From: Macrostomum hystrix
Lineage: Eukaryota; Animalia; Platyhelminthes
Length of the DNA: 64,000 nucleotides
NCBI GenBank assembly: GCA_950097015.1
Contig: CATNEN010000038.1
Location: 26,226,001-26,290,000 of the forward strand
Direction of reading: 5' to 3'
Positions 1-12,765 of this stretch are shown here, piece by piece. Numbering within the stretch: position 1 is the stretch's first letter; every line of letters starts with the position of its first letter. Below the pieces are notes generated by a model. It saw only the letters and a list, made by a program, of their open reading frames with translations, was not told the DNA's origin and made no database searches. Made by a program: the position numbers and the translations under genes.

Positions 1-906
1 AGTCGAAATCCCTCAATGAATTTATAATTTATGATCGCGGCGATGTGTAAAACATACTCAATGGTTTGCCGATGCTGACTGCGACTGCGCGGTCGTCGCT
101 GCAGATTCCCAACAGGGCTCCTGAAGCGGCTCACGCCATCCATGCAACCGGTGAATGCGCACGCTTCGTCTTTCATATTCGGTTGGAGGGCCAGCACGAT
201 CTGCGTCAAAATATGAATTTGCCTACTATACATGTATAACAGAACTTTATAATCAAACTGCTTAAACAACAGTACAAAAACGGGTCCAAAAATGCCCTAA
301 TTGTGCCGTAAAAGCATCCGGCTGAATCGCATCGTTGCTCATGCAACGCATACTTAAAACTATATTATGGCATATCATTTTATCGACATGTATAGCTAGC
401 TTTCTAATTCGGCGTAGCCGCGAATTAGCCAGTATTACACACACGATCGGGATGGGATGAAACGATCGCATCATCGGAATGCTGACGCGTCATAAGGGTG
501 CGGTCGTCGTTCGTTAACAGACACATACTACATACCTGATCAGAGGCTATTCCGATTGCGACAACGAGAGAATTTTCAGTGTACTAAATGAGCCCACTTG
601 TATAGTACCAAGGACCGACAACTAAGAGCGCTATCTGTGCATCACTGCTCGAGCACTCCAGATGTAGTACTGCAGCATGAGTACTCGTTATGAGTACTTA
701 ACGAGCGCCTGCATGATGCAGCTAATTGTGTAGACATTCTCGGCAACGATTGAAACTGTCTCTGCGGCGTCACAAAAAGTCTAGTTGTAAATGTAAATCC
801 AATTATACGTCAGTTGGTATAGCATGCAGCACTCGCATTCCGCGTTCGTTCAGCTATCGAATAACGATCACTACAGTCTCACAGTGCACAGTTTAAATTT
901 TAACTA

Positions 907-1523
907 TACTCAGCAACAGCTAAAACCCCCCAACTAACGCTGTCACACGGCCCAAAAGTTTTGTATGCCATCGGTGACTCAGAAATGTGTGAAGGCTGCC
1001 GCCGCCAGATGCGAGCGCAAAGTGCGGCATGGGGGATTTGGGGAGGGGGTGGCGCAACTCTATGCAGACCTATGCAGAGCTGCTACAGCAGCAGTTTCTG
1101 CCATTTGCTACGACAACCTTTGGCGGCCCGCAGACCTGCATGCTTCAAGACGACAACGCTGCGCCACATCGAGCAGCACACGTGCAGCTGCTGAAGGAGC
1201 AGCTCGGCATTCGCACATTGAACTGGCCGTCAAAGTCTCCAGACATGAGCCCCATCGAGCATGTCTGGGACTTTGTAAAGCGAAGAGTTCAGCAGGATGC
1301 CCCACAGAATGCTGAACAGTTGCGACTGGCGGTGCTGAATGCCTGGCAGCAGCTGCCCCAAGAGTTCATCAACCGGCTGTTGATCAGGATGCCACGACGA
1401 TTCACGGCACTTTTGCATGCTCGTGGTTCCTACACACGATACTGCAAGACTAGAATTAAAGACATTGCTTAACTTTTGTGCCCGTGTGACAGCGCGAGTT
1501 GGGGGTTTAGCTGTTGCTGAGTA
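907..1523 (+). mobile_element. Internally deleted Tc1 (DD34E) DNA transposon
   Basis: ~54-bp imperfect TIRs (TACTCAGCAACAGCTAAA... at 907; ...TTTAGCTGTTGCTGAGTA ending 1523) flanked by TA. Internal ORF 1029-1472 has QDDNAAPH...WPSKSPDMSPIEHVW with 34 residues between D and E. The N-terminal HTH and first Asp are missing. Confidence 0.92.
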
Positions 1524-1598
1524 TATTCTGTATTTATCAGCTATCTCTCTCTCCCTCTCTAGTTAAGCTATTCCGAAATTCCGAAACTACATGTACAT

Positions 1599-2840
1599 TA
1601 GGGTTTGCAATTAAAGGTCCTCATCTCATACCGGTAATTGATCGATCACATCTCTTTTATTTACCGGTAATTACAGGTTAACAGTATTGCTATAATTTAA
1701 TTCACTAAAAACGTGTTTGTTGTTCCCTTCTTAAAAAACATTTAAAAATGTGTTTGGGCTGATAAGTGAGAATCGTAGGCATGTATATTTAGCTTGAGAA
1801 TCTGAATAAAATATGTTTTACAGTAGAGGACAGCAACTTGAAACTGTAATTAGAACAACATCATTAACTACTTTTAAAGAGTCTGCACATCATCACATGT
1901 GAAAATGAAGTGTCAGTCAATTTTCGCTGAGTGCCGATTGCGGATTGAAAGATAAAGCTTTGAAGAAGCTCACTGATGAAGCTCAAGCTGCAGGTGAAAA
2001 ATCTAAAGAAACACCTCTTGACTTAATTGAATCCATGCCATGAAATGGTGAAATATTTGTGCACTATTCATTGCTCGAATTTCAATTTTTGAAGCCTAAT
2101 AAAAAGTGTACCATATTTTCTTTAGACCGTATTCCTATCGCTGTAAATTTTAATATTTCACGTAAAGATCATTGCCATTAAAACTAACTCGGAATCGAAC
2201 CCATTCACTGATCCGCTACCGCCACTGTACATATATAATTGAGCTTTGAGCCTTTGAGACAGATACTTGTACAATGTTACTATAGTGGACAATGTGGTAG
2301 ACTGGTAGTGGATAAAATTATAATTGAAGTTATCCAGGCGGAGCCAATTGAACAGAGTCACACTGACACTTAGCCAGAGCCAGACAAGAGGAGTGAACTG
2401 ACTGCATGCATGGCCACATCTATTAGCAACAGAAGGGTAGGCCTAAGGCTTAAGGATTAAGGAATAAGGTAGGGGGCCAGGCAAGGAGTGGGCCACACAG
2501 CCACACAGGCAGGGAATGTACATACATATGTACATGTAATTGCTCATACCTTGGTTCCTTCCTTGGCTATACCCTAATTTTAGCCCTTTAATTTTATCAC
2601 TTATTTCTCCCCTTCTGAAGTCTCTCGTGTCTCAACACCCTGCAGTGAAGCGAATGTGCATTAATTTCAATGACTGTCTGACCATCATTCATTTAATTCC
2701 TTTATGAATTAAGAGCTCAATGTGTTTATTATGAAAACCGTTTACCGGTAATACCGGTATATTTGCTTTAAAAACAGGTATGAAAAAGCGGTCAATTACC
2801 GGTAAACTGGTAAACCGGTTTACCGGTAATGCAATCCCTA
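1599..2840. mobile_element. Non-autonomous hAT element
   Basis: TIRs TAGGGTTTGCA / TGCAATCCCTA; 8-bp TSD ATGTACAT (1591-1598) vs ATGCACAT (2841-2848); clustered subterminal ACCGGTAA motifs at both ends. Confidence 0.8.
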
Positions 2841-3462
2841 ATGCACATGCATTACCAGCTTGGTATCGTATAACATTATAACATTACATCGTCTATTGTG
2901 TATTATTGTGTACTAACGTGTGTTGCTTGTGTTGTGTACTTGTAAGTAAATTTATAAATTCGTTAGAATAATACACATTTGCTGTACATGTATCAGGTAG
3001 AATGTGTGTGCTATGTACTATAAGTAATGTACGCTCTAATTGCAAGTAAACAACGCAGTTTTAAACTAACTTTAAAATTGTACTTTAAGTTATATACCAT
3101 ATATTTCATACTGAGAGCTACGCATTTTTGTATAAATATTAGAATACTGAATCTATAAAACAAACAGTTGCAACTTAAGCCTGAATATTTAAGCATACTG
3201 AAAGCCATGCGACACGAAACGATTTTTTGTGTATGCGAAATATGCTCTTAGCGCTTAAAAAAGGATCTACAAGTGTGCCATGCAAATTAAATAAACAAAG
3301 TAAGCAAATACTTAACAAACATGAGTTGTACTGTTTACTGTACCCACTTGAGTTCGATATACATGCGATCTGAACTTTACCGATACTTTAAAGTGCATGG
3401 AAAACTTGAAGTACACTAAATAGACAAACGTAGCTAGGATGCCATTTCAGCCCTCTGCTGCT

Positions 3463-5781
3463 CTAGTTTGGTTTTCTCTCCAAACCAATTCGTTCACTGC
3501 AATTATTTTTACACATTTACCGAATTGTTTTTCACTAATATCGTATAAGAAATTCACAAGAAAAAAAGCATTGAATGCTTACACAGTATCCCTGATGAAT
3601 TGTTCCTGAAATGCGAAAACGCGGGAAAAATATGTTCTACGGATACTAGTCAGAATCATCTTATTGGTAGTTGGCCAAAATTATCTTCTGTCATGGGTTG
3701 GTCTTCTACCTCAACAAAATCCTCACAGTCATGGCTTGGTCTTCTACATCAACAAAATCCTCACAGTCATGGGTTCGTCTTCTACCTCAACAACATCCTC
3801 ACAGTCATGGGTTGGTCTTCTACCTCAACAACATTCTCACAGTCATGGGTTGGTCTTCTACCTCAACAACATCCTCACAGCTGATCCTCTGCCTCAACAA
3901 AGTCCTCACAGTTGATCCTCTGCCTCAACAAAGTCCTCACAGTTGATCCTCTACCTCAACAAAATCCCCGTAGTTGATCCTCTACCTCAACAAAATCCTC
4001 ACAGTTGTTCCTCTACCCTCAACAAAGTCCTCACAGTTGATCCTCTACCCTCAACAACATCCTCACAAGTCCTGGGTTGGTCTTCTACCTAAACAACATC
4101 CTCACAGCTGATCCTCTGCCTCAACAAAATCCCCGTAGTTGATCCTCTACCTGAACAAAATCCTCACAGTTGATCCTCTACCTGAACAAAATCCTCACAG
4201 TTGTTCCTCTACCCTCAACAAGGTCCTCACAATTGATACTCTACCCTCAACAAAATCCTTACAGTTGATCCTCTGCCTCAACAACATGCAGACATTCGGA
4301 CGTCTGCCTCAGCAACATCCTCACTGCCATGGATTGTTCTTCTGCCTCAACAACAGCTCTTCTACCTCAGAGTCTCATGGTCAGCCTTTACTCGTAACCA
4401 TAAATTATTTGGACTTTAGTTTCAGATTCGCGAAGACCACACTTACATGAAAACTGACTGGAATAAAATCTTACCTTTTCGTAACCTCTATAGCGCTTGC
4501 ACTGCTCTCCTTCTAACATGTTGATTTGCATCGGCATGCGATAAGCTGTGCCTGGTTCCGGCTCCTTAAAGGTCTTAAGACCATGCCTAGCCAGTAATCG
4601 ACGCTTGTTTTCATTCACCATAGCTCGCGGCAGTCGAAAGATAGGCTTCTCACAGATGTACCGACTTGATTTTAGGCCGGTGTTTTGCTTCATAAGCAGG
4701 ACTCGTTTAGCGAACCGCTGACCGTAGTTGCTGGCGTACGGCTCGCACAGTTTGTACCGCATGGTTAGCTTCGGCTGCTTGAAGTACGGCCAGCGGCGGA
4801 ATTCGCGTTCGACAAGCCTACCATCCTGTGTGAGAATTTTTTTCGAACCGAATTTCATTACCAGTTTTTTACAACATTGAATCTTTTAAATGTTGCAGTT
4901 TGCAAAACAGTTAATTCTGAGAAGCTATAAAATTCACAGCACCAAAAAGCAGGAATGGGAAAGGATTGCTTGAATAACCTTATGGCGTATTTAATGTATT
5001 AAAAATTACGAATAAAAAACTCAAGAGCTTTCGATGTACAGTATTAACAGAAATTTCTGTGAAATGAAATTTTAGGGTGAGTGACAATGCCCAAAAAGCT
5101 ATACCCAATTGGTGTTGTGAAAAAACTTTTAACGCATCAAACTGTAGTCCTACAAAACAACAAACGGCGGGTGTCGTGAATCTCATACCAATGAAGTACA
5201 ATACATAAGTATATTTCGGCTATTCAGATAATAAATCAGTATATTCTCACAGGTTAAGAACTGATTACCTGAAAAATGAAGCCGTACATTCGCACTGAAC
5301 TTTTCCCGACGGTCGACTGACTTACACTGGTTGAACTAACCGATGCCTGGTCGACGCCATCCTCGCCCATGGCTTCAGGCGTTCGCGGGCCCAGCCGGAA
5401 TTTGGGCCGTTGGTTGCGCACTTTGTCATCCGACTGTGACTGTGTCTTATTGTTCAATTCGGAGCTTGTCAACGGCAGCGTTCGAAACTTGTCACGCTCC
5501 TGGTGCGAATCTAGATTGTTCGTTCGGCGACGAAGTGGTGACTTTGAAGTCTTGGACTTGTGCTGCTGCTTCTCATGCTTGTTAGTCGGGGAGCGATTTA
5601 TTAGTCGCTGCTTCAGCCGATGCAGCCAGCTTCTTTTGTGATTTACAGCTGAGGGCTGCGACGCATCCGTCGGCGAAACGTCGCCAGTTGAGGTCGCCGC
5701 CACCGAGTGACTTTTTAGATTTTCGCCGCTCTGCTCAACAGATTTGCTAGATTTCTGACGTTTCTGATTTATGATGCGCAT
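3463..5781 (-). CDS. Unknown lineage-specific protein, paralog A (exons 5781-5269, 4825-4475, 3605-3583, tentative last exon 3496-3463)
   Basis: In-frame GT-AG joins: FIFQ|DGRL (phase 0) and YEK|EQFIRDT (23-nt microexon). Basic S/K/R-rich N-terminus. The exon 2 domain is conserved in paralogs B and C. The last exon is tentative. Confidence 0.75.
3685..4380. repeat. 38-bp minisatellite decaying to ~29-30-bp units, intron 2 of paralog A
   Basis: Unit CACAGTCATGGGTTGGTCTTCTACCTCAACAACATCCT, then CACAGTTGATCCTCTACCTCAACAAAATCCT variants. Confidence 0.9.
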
Positions 5782-7229
5782 TTTTGTTGTTCAAAATGTA
5801 ATACTGGAAATATTTAAATGTGAGCACACCGATCTGCTCTTAGCTTAGCTCGCGGTAAAAAAGCCACAGTATCCAACAGCTATCCAATTTCCTTGTGTTT
5901 GATATACTCGTAGTGAAGCTTATCTTTTCTTACGGGCGTTAAAAACAATTTCAATGCAAAGCAGCACAGCATGCCGACTAGATTGGCCATAGACGATTCG
6001 AGTTGTGATTGACCAGTCTGAATCAGCTTTAAAGTGAGAAGATCTAAGATCTTAACAGACCATGCAGTTACACTAAGCTGCTTGCTCATTGATGAATGAA
6101 GGAAGCTGATTGATGAATAAAGGAAGCTGATTGATGAATGAAGGGATCAATCCGCTTGCTCATCAATCCGCTCCCTTCATTCATCGTGTCAATTTTGGAT
6201 GCACAGTGTCAAAGATGGATGCATATGAGTAGACTTGTTCCCATAGACAGCGAGACAAAGGCATTGGTTTGTAACCCGGTGTCAGAATCGATTGCCCGAT
6301 GTCATAGTTGCTTGCAAAGTGTCAACAAAGCTTGAAGTTTGTCAATATTGGATGCAAATTGTCAGAAGTGAACCAACGTTTGTCAAAATAGGTTGAACAT
6401 TTTTGCTATCGCTGCCACAGATTGTCAAAATTGGATGCAACGATGTCAATATCGAGTGCACCTTTTCTAAAAAAGAAAGTAAGAAGGTGTAGATGAATTG
6501 AGTTGATTTTTAGTTTATTGAAAATTAACACTACTTGGTACCTCTTATCTCTCTTCACGTCTCCATTTATTAATTTATTTAATAATTAATTCATTAATTA
6601 ATTTATTTATTTATTTATTTATTCATCTATTTACGAGCGTATTGTTTTATTTTATTTATTCATTTATTTATTTAATAATATTATCTGTGTCCCATTTCAA
6701 ATTCTTTCGTTTGTCTCTACAATTAGACTCGTTAGTTTTTTAGCTAAAATCTCCCTTCTAATAAAATTTCCCTATCTTCCCCTTCTATTTCTATACCATC
6801 TCGCTTTTTCTGTTCTCTGAACTCTACTGTCACTTTTCCAACTCAAAGTTATGCAGCAAATTCTGTTAGCAAATTCTAACAGAATAATCATTCGCAAGCA
6901 TCAGTGCAAGATCCCTCTTTAAAGCGCAGAGCAAGACCCTCTTATCGATTGACGCTACCTTGCCAACTTGAGTCGCATTCAAGGCATTGTCAGCCTCTGT
7001 CTGTGTCCAATGCCAGAGTGAAATTCAAGTTTTGCATGCTACAAAGTACTGTTTTAAACAGTGACAAACAGCTGCACGCCTGCTGCTCTGAGGCCTCATC
7101 AACACGCATGACTAATTGAAGAGTTGACGAAGCTAGCAGCGCGGGCATTATTCTTCCCATTTAACTGCGCGTGTCTTCAGTTTGTCTTTGTCTGCCGACT
7201 TGCATTGAAACTGGCATAGTAAAGAATTG

Positions 7230-8123
7230 ATGTGCAAAAGCGGTAGCCCTCAAGAGCAGGAAATGATGTCGGATGGCACGCCCAGGACTAACGGCAGCGA
7301 TGCGGGTGACAGCTTGACAGCCGAACAGATTGAAGAATTTCGCGAAGCATTTTCTCTGTTTGACAAGGACGGCGATGGTACTATCACTAACAAGGAGCTG
7401 GCCTCTGTGATGAGCGCGCTGGGTCAGAATCCAACTCAGGATGAGCTCAAGGTGCAAAATGTCTATTGGTTTTATTACTGAGAAGCCCGTACATGAATCT
7501 CGTTACTCATATTAGTTTAGACGATTAGAGGATCCCTCCATCAGCTAACCTGCATTTGCCCATTGCATTCCGCCTGTGCCAAAATAGACTTGCTAAGCTT
7601 AAGCAATCAGCCTCCAATTATCGATCACTTTCAGGCCATGATAGACAACCTCAAAAAAGGCACCCCAAATTATCGATCGCATTCTGCCCTAGCCAACATG
7701 AAAGCCTCAATCAGCCTGCCCTCAAGTTACGGATGGCCACGAATAGACTTTTTTGATTTGCTTAAAACGCAGGAAATGATTAAAGAAGTCGACCAAGACG
7801 GCTCCGGAAGTATTGAATTCGACGAGTTTCTCTACATGATGCGCAAGCAGATGAACAGCGTCGACTCCGAGGAGGAGGTTCGTCGCGCCTTCCGCCTTTT
7901 TGATGCAGACGGCGATGGATACCTGACAGCCGGAGAGTTGCGTCAGGTGATGCTAAACTTTGGCGAGAAGCTCACCGTAGAGGAGGCGGAAGCGATGGTG
8001 GAGGAGGCGGACGCGGACCAGGACGGGTTGGTGAGCTACGCGGAGTTTGCGCGAGTCATGGGAATCGGCGGCGACACTGATGATTTTTTATCTTATGATG
8101 GCCTCCTAGACAAGGCCACATAA
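7230..8123 (+). CDS. Calmodulin-like 4-EF-hand protein (exons 7230/7263-7451 and 7773-8123)
   Basis: [28 protein letters not shown]...[10 protein letters not shown]|[19 protein letters not shown]...[12 protein letters not shown]...[13 protein letters not shown]. Phase-0 GT-AG intron 7452-7772. N-terminal extension and acidic tail. Too divergent to be canonical calmodulin. AATAAA just after the stop. Confidence 0.92.
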
Positions 8124-8419
8124 TAAATTCAATAAGATGGGATAAAAATTTTCTGACTTTAAATCGTGCGTACTTGACTCTTCGTATTCGAATTAACCTT
8201 ACAGAAACACGTTCCATAATAAACTAATAGCACCGGAGTGGCTACACAATTACTGAATAGTGTGCCCAATTCGCCTTCTCGTTTCCCCAATCGTTCTCGT
8301 TCTTCGCTTCTGTTTATCCCTTCTCGTTATCTTATTCGACTGTATCTTTTCTTGAATTTACTGCGGTCCGACGATGCAGCACGCTCATCCCTGCACTCGC
8401 TCAAGCTTAACTTCAAAGC

Positions 8420-9190
8420 AATGATCAAGATCAATCCTGCAAAAGAGACTGGTCGTCTTAACATTTCAGTGTAGATCCACCAAAGGCGCTTAAGGGTGAG
8501 CCTCAAGGTTGTGCCAACCTATAGGAACTCCGGACTAGGGCTGCCTAGCCGTTCCCTCCGCACGACAACAGGTTTTTGACGAGCCGTAAATTGAACTTTC
8601 AATACTGACGTCCGAAAAGTGGCGCTAGCGTGGAGGAGTTTGTGACCTTCCAGGTGTTTATATCATCAAAAACAACAACAACAATAACATGCCCGCCTCG
8701 CAGCAAGCAAGGGAGCAAGGGACTCAGCTAGGGAGCAGGCCTCACCATCTGCGTCTCTTCCTGGCGAGCCCCGCGCCTTGAGGGCTCCTGGAAACTCGCC
8801 GCTCCAATTGGGACTCGGTCATGAGTATTTTTCGCCTGCACATGCGTCTGGGGCACAATTCCTACTATTTGTTGCTACCACCCCATTGATACCAAGCTGC
8901 CGCTGCCATGGAGACCATCCTGACACGAGGTGGGGATGGAACTTGCTACTGCACTGACGGATCTGTCTCGTGGGGCCACCGATAATGGTGGTACCGCCTG
9001 GTTGCTGCTCGACTCCAATGGCACCGTTGTCCGGTCTGGACATGCCCCGCCGGCCGATGGTGCAACTCATTCGAGGCGGAGCTTATCGCGTTGTACTTGT
9101 AGCTGGCCACTCAGGGAATCATCGAATCTGAGAATTCTTCTGCCATCGTCCTGACTGACAGCCAAGCCGCCATATCTGCGCTGGCCAAGC
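8420..9190 (+). mobile_element. Degraded non-LTR retrotransposon fragments (I/Ingi-like): 3' end with (CAA)n tail, then an RNase H fragment
   Basis: Across frameshifts: TCYCTDGSV (~8941-8967), ATDNGG..GRWCNSFEAELIAL and IVLTDSQAAISAL (~9145-9183), i.e. RNase H catalytic motifs. 8420-8690 reads like a LINE C-terminus ending in a CAACAACAACAATAAC tail. Confidence 0.7.
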
Positions 9191-10310
9191 AAGCACTCAA
9201 AGCACTCAAGCAAACCAGGCTTTGTTCTCATCTGAAAAGCCGAGCCGCAGGTGCTTCGCCTCCCCTTCCTGTTCACCACTCTCCGCCCTGAAAATCCCTT
9301 ATCCGCTTCCCTTTAGTCCCCTTTCATTCTCTTCCTCCCATAAGTCCTATCTAGTTCTCCCACTGATAGTTTCTTCTCGTTTACTCTTTACCATCAATGC
9401 CTTCTTAGTTCACCCCTTAGCAAAACTTTTTATATTATACTTTCATAGTGAGTCTTAGTGAGTCTACTTGTCGCAATACAAAGGATCAATTAATTAAATT
9501 TTCTCTTCTATCTGTTGCCTTTTTTAGTGGTGATTTATGTACTAGTATATGGATTGAAGCAACATGCATGTGCACTCACACAACACTCACACAATGCATT
9601 CTGTAAAATGCATTCGTTATATCGATACGCTAAAGACATCCTAGCTCTATAAAGTTGTGTTAAAAAAAACAAATCTCCACCAAAAAAATTACAAAAAAGA
9701 CAGGCCATTAGTTTTATATTTAATGACGGCACTGTCATGACAGTGTTCAAGATCCGGATCTACTGTAATGTTCTTGGATTGCACACGAAATTTGTATAAT
9801 GGATCTTTATGGCGCTATCTGTATGTTGGCACACTTGTCTGTAAAACGAATATTAGTGAAAAGAAATTGCAGATAAGGACGCCGACGACACTGCTATTTC
9901 TGTAATAAGTCTCAATGTGCTCATGCCGCTAGACACAACTAGAAACTCGTAGAGTTGTTCAACTGCTGAAATGTAAAAGGATCACAGTTATTTTGGTCTG
10001 TGTATCAGGTACTCAACCATACTCAACCATAAGTGAATCAAGGGGGTCAATTAAGTGGGGCAGCATTGTTACTCCCGCAACCGAGGCTCACCTGAGGATA
10101 CTTCTGGCTGCGAGGTGTGAAGTTGTGGCTAAATTACCAGCGGAAGGACAGCGGTCTGGGACTCAGGCTGTCGACTTCATATTTGCAATTACCCTGAAAG
10201 GAAGTGTTTCACTTTTTGATATTGTAACTGCATACAAATTGACACCTTACCAATTCAATCACTGTCTCGTGTCTCCAAGTTCTGATCTCTCCCCTGTCAA
10301 ATCTCTAACT

Positions 10311-12765
10311 TTACTCAACACACTCCTGTATTATATGTCTATCAAAATTTGACATGGCCATCAGTTTTACAATGAATATATACATTAGAAAACAATAAAA
10401 CAGAAGCAAACGCTTACCTTGCATACTTTATCTGTTGTCTCTGAAATTTGGTAGCAAGGAGAAACAGAAAATAAATTCTGATTGATTAGTCACAATCATC
10501 GATATAGTCATTGGTTGGTCTTCTACCTCAACAACATTCTCTCAGAAATGGGTTGGTCTTCTACCTCAACAATATCCTCACAGTCATGGGTTGGTCTTCT
10601 ACCTCAACAAAATCCTCACAGTCATGGCTTGGTCTTCTACCTCAACAACATCCTCACAGTCATGGGTTGGTCTTCTACCTCAACAAAATCCTCACAGTCA
10701 TGGCTTGGTCTTCTACCTCAACAACATCCTCACAGTCATGGGTTGGTCTTCTACCTCAATAACATCCTCACAGTCATGGGTTGGTCTTCTACCTCAACAA
10801 CATCCTCACAGTCATGGGTTGGTCTTCTACCTCAACAACATCCTCACAGTCATGGGTTGGTCTTCTACCTCAATAACATCCTCACAGTCATGGGTTGGTC
10901 TTCTACCTCAACAACATCCTCACAGTCATGGGTTGGTCTTCTACCTCAACAACATTCTCACAGTCATGGGTTGGTCTTCTACCTCAATAACATCCTCACA
11001 GTCATGGGTTGGTCTTCTACCTCAACAACATTCTCACAGTCATGGGTTGGTCTTCTACCTCAATAACATCCTCACAGTCATGGGTTGGTCTTCTACCTCA
11101 ACAACATCCTCACAGTCATGGGTTGGTCTTCTACCTCAACAACATCCTCACAGTCATGGGTTGGTCTTCTACCTCAACAACATCCTCACAGTCATGGGTT
11201 GGTCTTCTACCTCAACAACATTCTCACAGTCATGGGTTGGTTTTCTACCTCAACAACATCCTCACAGTCATGGGTTGGTCTTCTACCTCAACAACATCCT
11301 CACAGTCATGGGTTGGTCTTCTACCTTAACAATATCCTCTCATCAGGGACGTGTCCGTCTTCTATTTCAACAAGATCCTCAGAGTCAATTTCTGGTGATA
11401 GGCATTTGACCAATGATCATAGATCCAAAAGATGCGGCATAAAATCTCACCTTCTCGAACTCTCTATAGCGCTTGTTCTGCTCCGTTACCAATACACTGA
11501 GTTTCATCGGCATGCAATAGGTCTTGCCAGATTCCGGCTCCTCATGGGTCTTAAGAGCATACCGTGCCAGCAGTCTCTGCTTGTTTTCATTCATAATTGC
11601 TCGCGGTAGTCGATAGATTGGCTTCTCGTAGATGCGCCGAGTGGATGGTAGCATGGGGCCTCGCTCTGCACGCCTTCGGTGACACTTGCCGTAGTTGCTG
11701 GCGTACGGCTCGCTGACCTTGTAGCGCATTGTGACTTCCGTAGCCTTGAAGAACGGCCACGGAAGGACTTCACGTTCCACCAGCTTGCCATCCTGTGTGA
11801 GAAAGTGTTACGCACTCAAATGTCAGAACTCTAGGCATAAAAGTAAAAAAACGTAGTTTACTAAATAAATTTGAATTCACCTCATTCAGATTTTTTATAT
11901 GAAAACGAGATTGGAAAATGTTTTCTATATTATTAGACATGTAAACCAGTGTAGTAAAGTGAAACACTCATGCATTAGAAAGAAAAATTAAAATTAGAAA
12001 GAAAATTTCTCAAAAGAATAATCAAATTATTACCTGAGATATGAAGCTGTACTTTGGCTCCGCAGCGCGTATCGATATTGTTGACTGACTCGCATCGCTG
12101 GAAACTACCGAAGCCCGATCACAACCCTCCGCGACAATATCCAGCCGTTTTGGTCCCAGGCGGAAACTCGGTCTTCTGCGCAAGTTCTGTTTTTCGAATT
12201 CTTTTATCGGATCTTCAGGGACTTTAGAGGAAGCAGCCAGATCCATTGTGCCCGGTCGGGATTTTGGGCTTTTGTGTACATTGGACCACATCAACGGATG
12301 GATGCTCGGCTTGAAGTCCTGGTCCAAGCTTTCTAGTTTTTTTTTGTGACCGGACTGCTGATTGTTCAAAGAAGTCGAAACGCCGGAATTGCTCTTTGGC
12401 ATCTTGAAGCCATCCAACTGTGACTGTGTCTCATTGTTCAATTCGGAGCTTGTCAACGGCAGCGTTCGAAACTTGTCACGCTCCTGGTGCGAATCTAGAT
12501 TGTTCGTTCGGCGACGAAGTGGTGACTTTGAAGTCTTGGACTTGTGCTGCTGCTTCTCATGCTTGTTAGTCAGGGAGCGATTTAGTAGTCGCTGCTTCAG
12601 CCGATGCAGCCAGCTTCTTTTGTGATTTACAGCTGAGGGCTGCGACGCATCCGTCGGCGAAACGTCGCCAGTTGAGGTCGCCGCCATCGAGTGACTTTTT
12701 AGATTTTCGCCGCTCTGCTCAACAGATTCGCTAGATTTCTGACGTTTCTGATTTATGATGCGCAT
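10311..12765 (-). CDS. Unknown lineage-specific protein, paralog B (exons 12765-12034, 11792-11451, 10440-10418, tentative 10338-10311)
   Basis: Same splice phases as paralog A: FISQ|DGKL and FEK|RQQIKYA (23-nt microexon). Open frame throughout. Confidence 0.78.
10505..11340. repeat. 38-bp minisatellite (~22 copies), intron 2 of paralog B
   Basis: Homogeneous CACAGTCATGGGTTGGTCTTCTACCTCAACAACATCCT units; source of the spurious + strand ORFs. Confidence 0.95.

Noticed and set aside
58-200. GC-rich possible minus-strand exon at the window start
   Set aside because: An acceptor-like site is present, but there is no recognisable product or partner exon in the window.
3592-3612. CTGATGA...GAAA hammerhead-like core
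   Set aside because: No helices can form; it is the antisense of the 23-nt microexon.
9993-10352. 119-aa ORF duplicated at 33231-33590
   Set aside because: TTG start and no recognisable domain. Conservation is explained by the recent segmental duplication; it is antisense to the probable 3' UTR of paralogs B/C.
10482-11609. Overlapping + strand ORFs (SQSWVGLLPQQHPHS...), also at 3600-4450 and 33718-34612
   Set aside because: Translations of the 38-bp intronic minisatellite and antisense of real exons.
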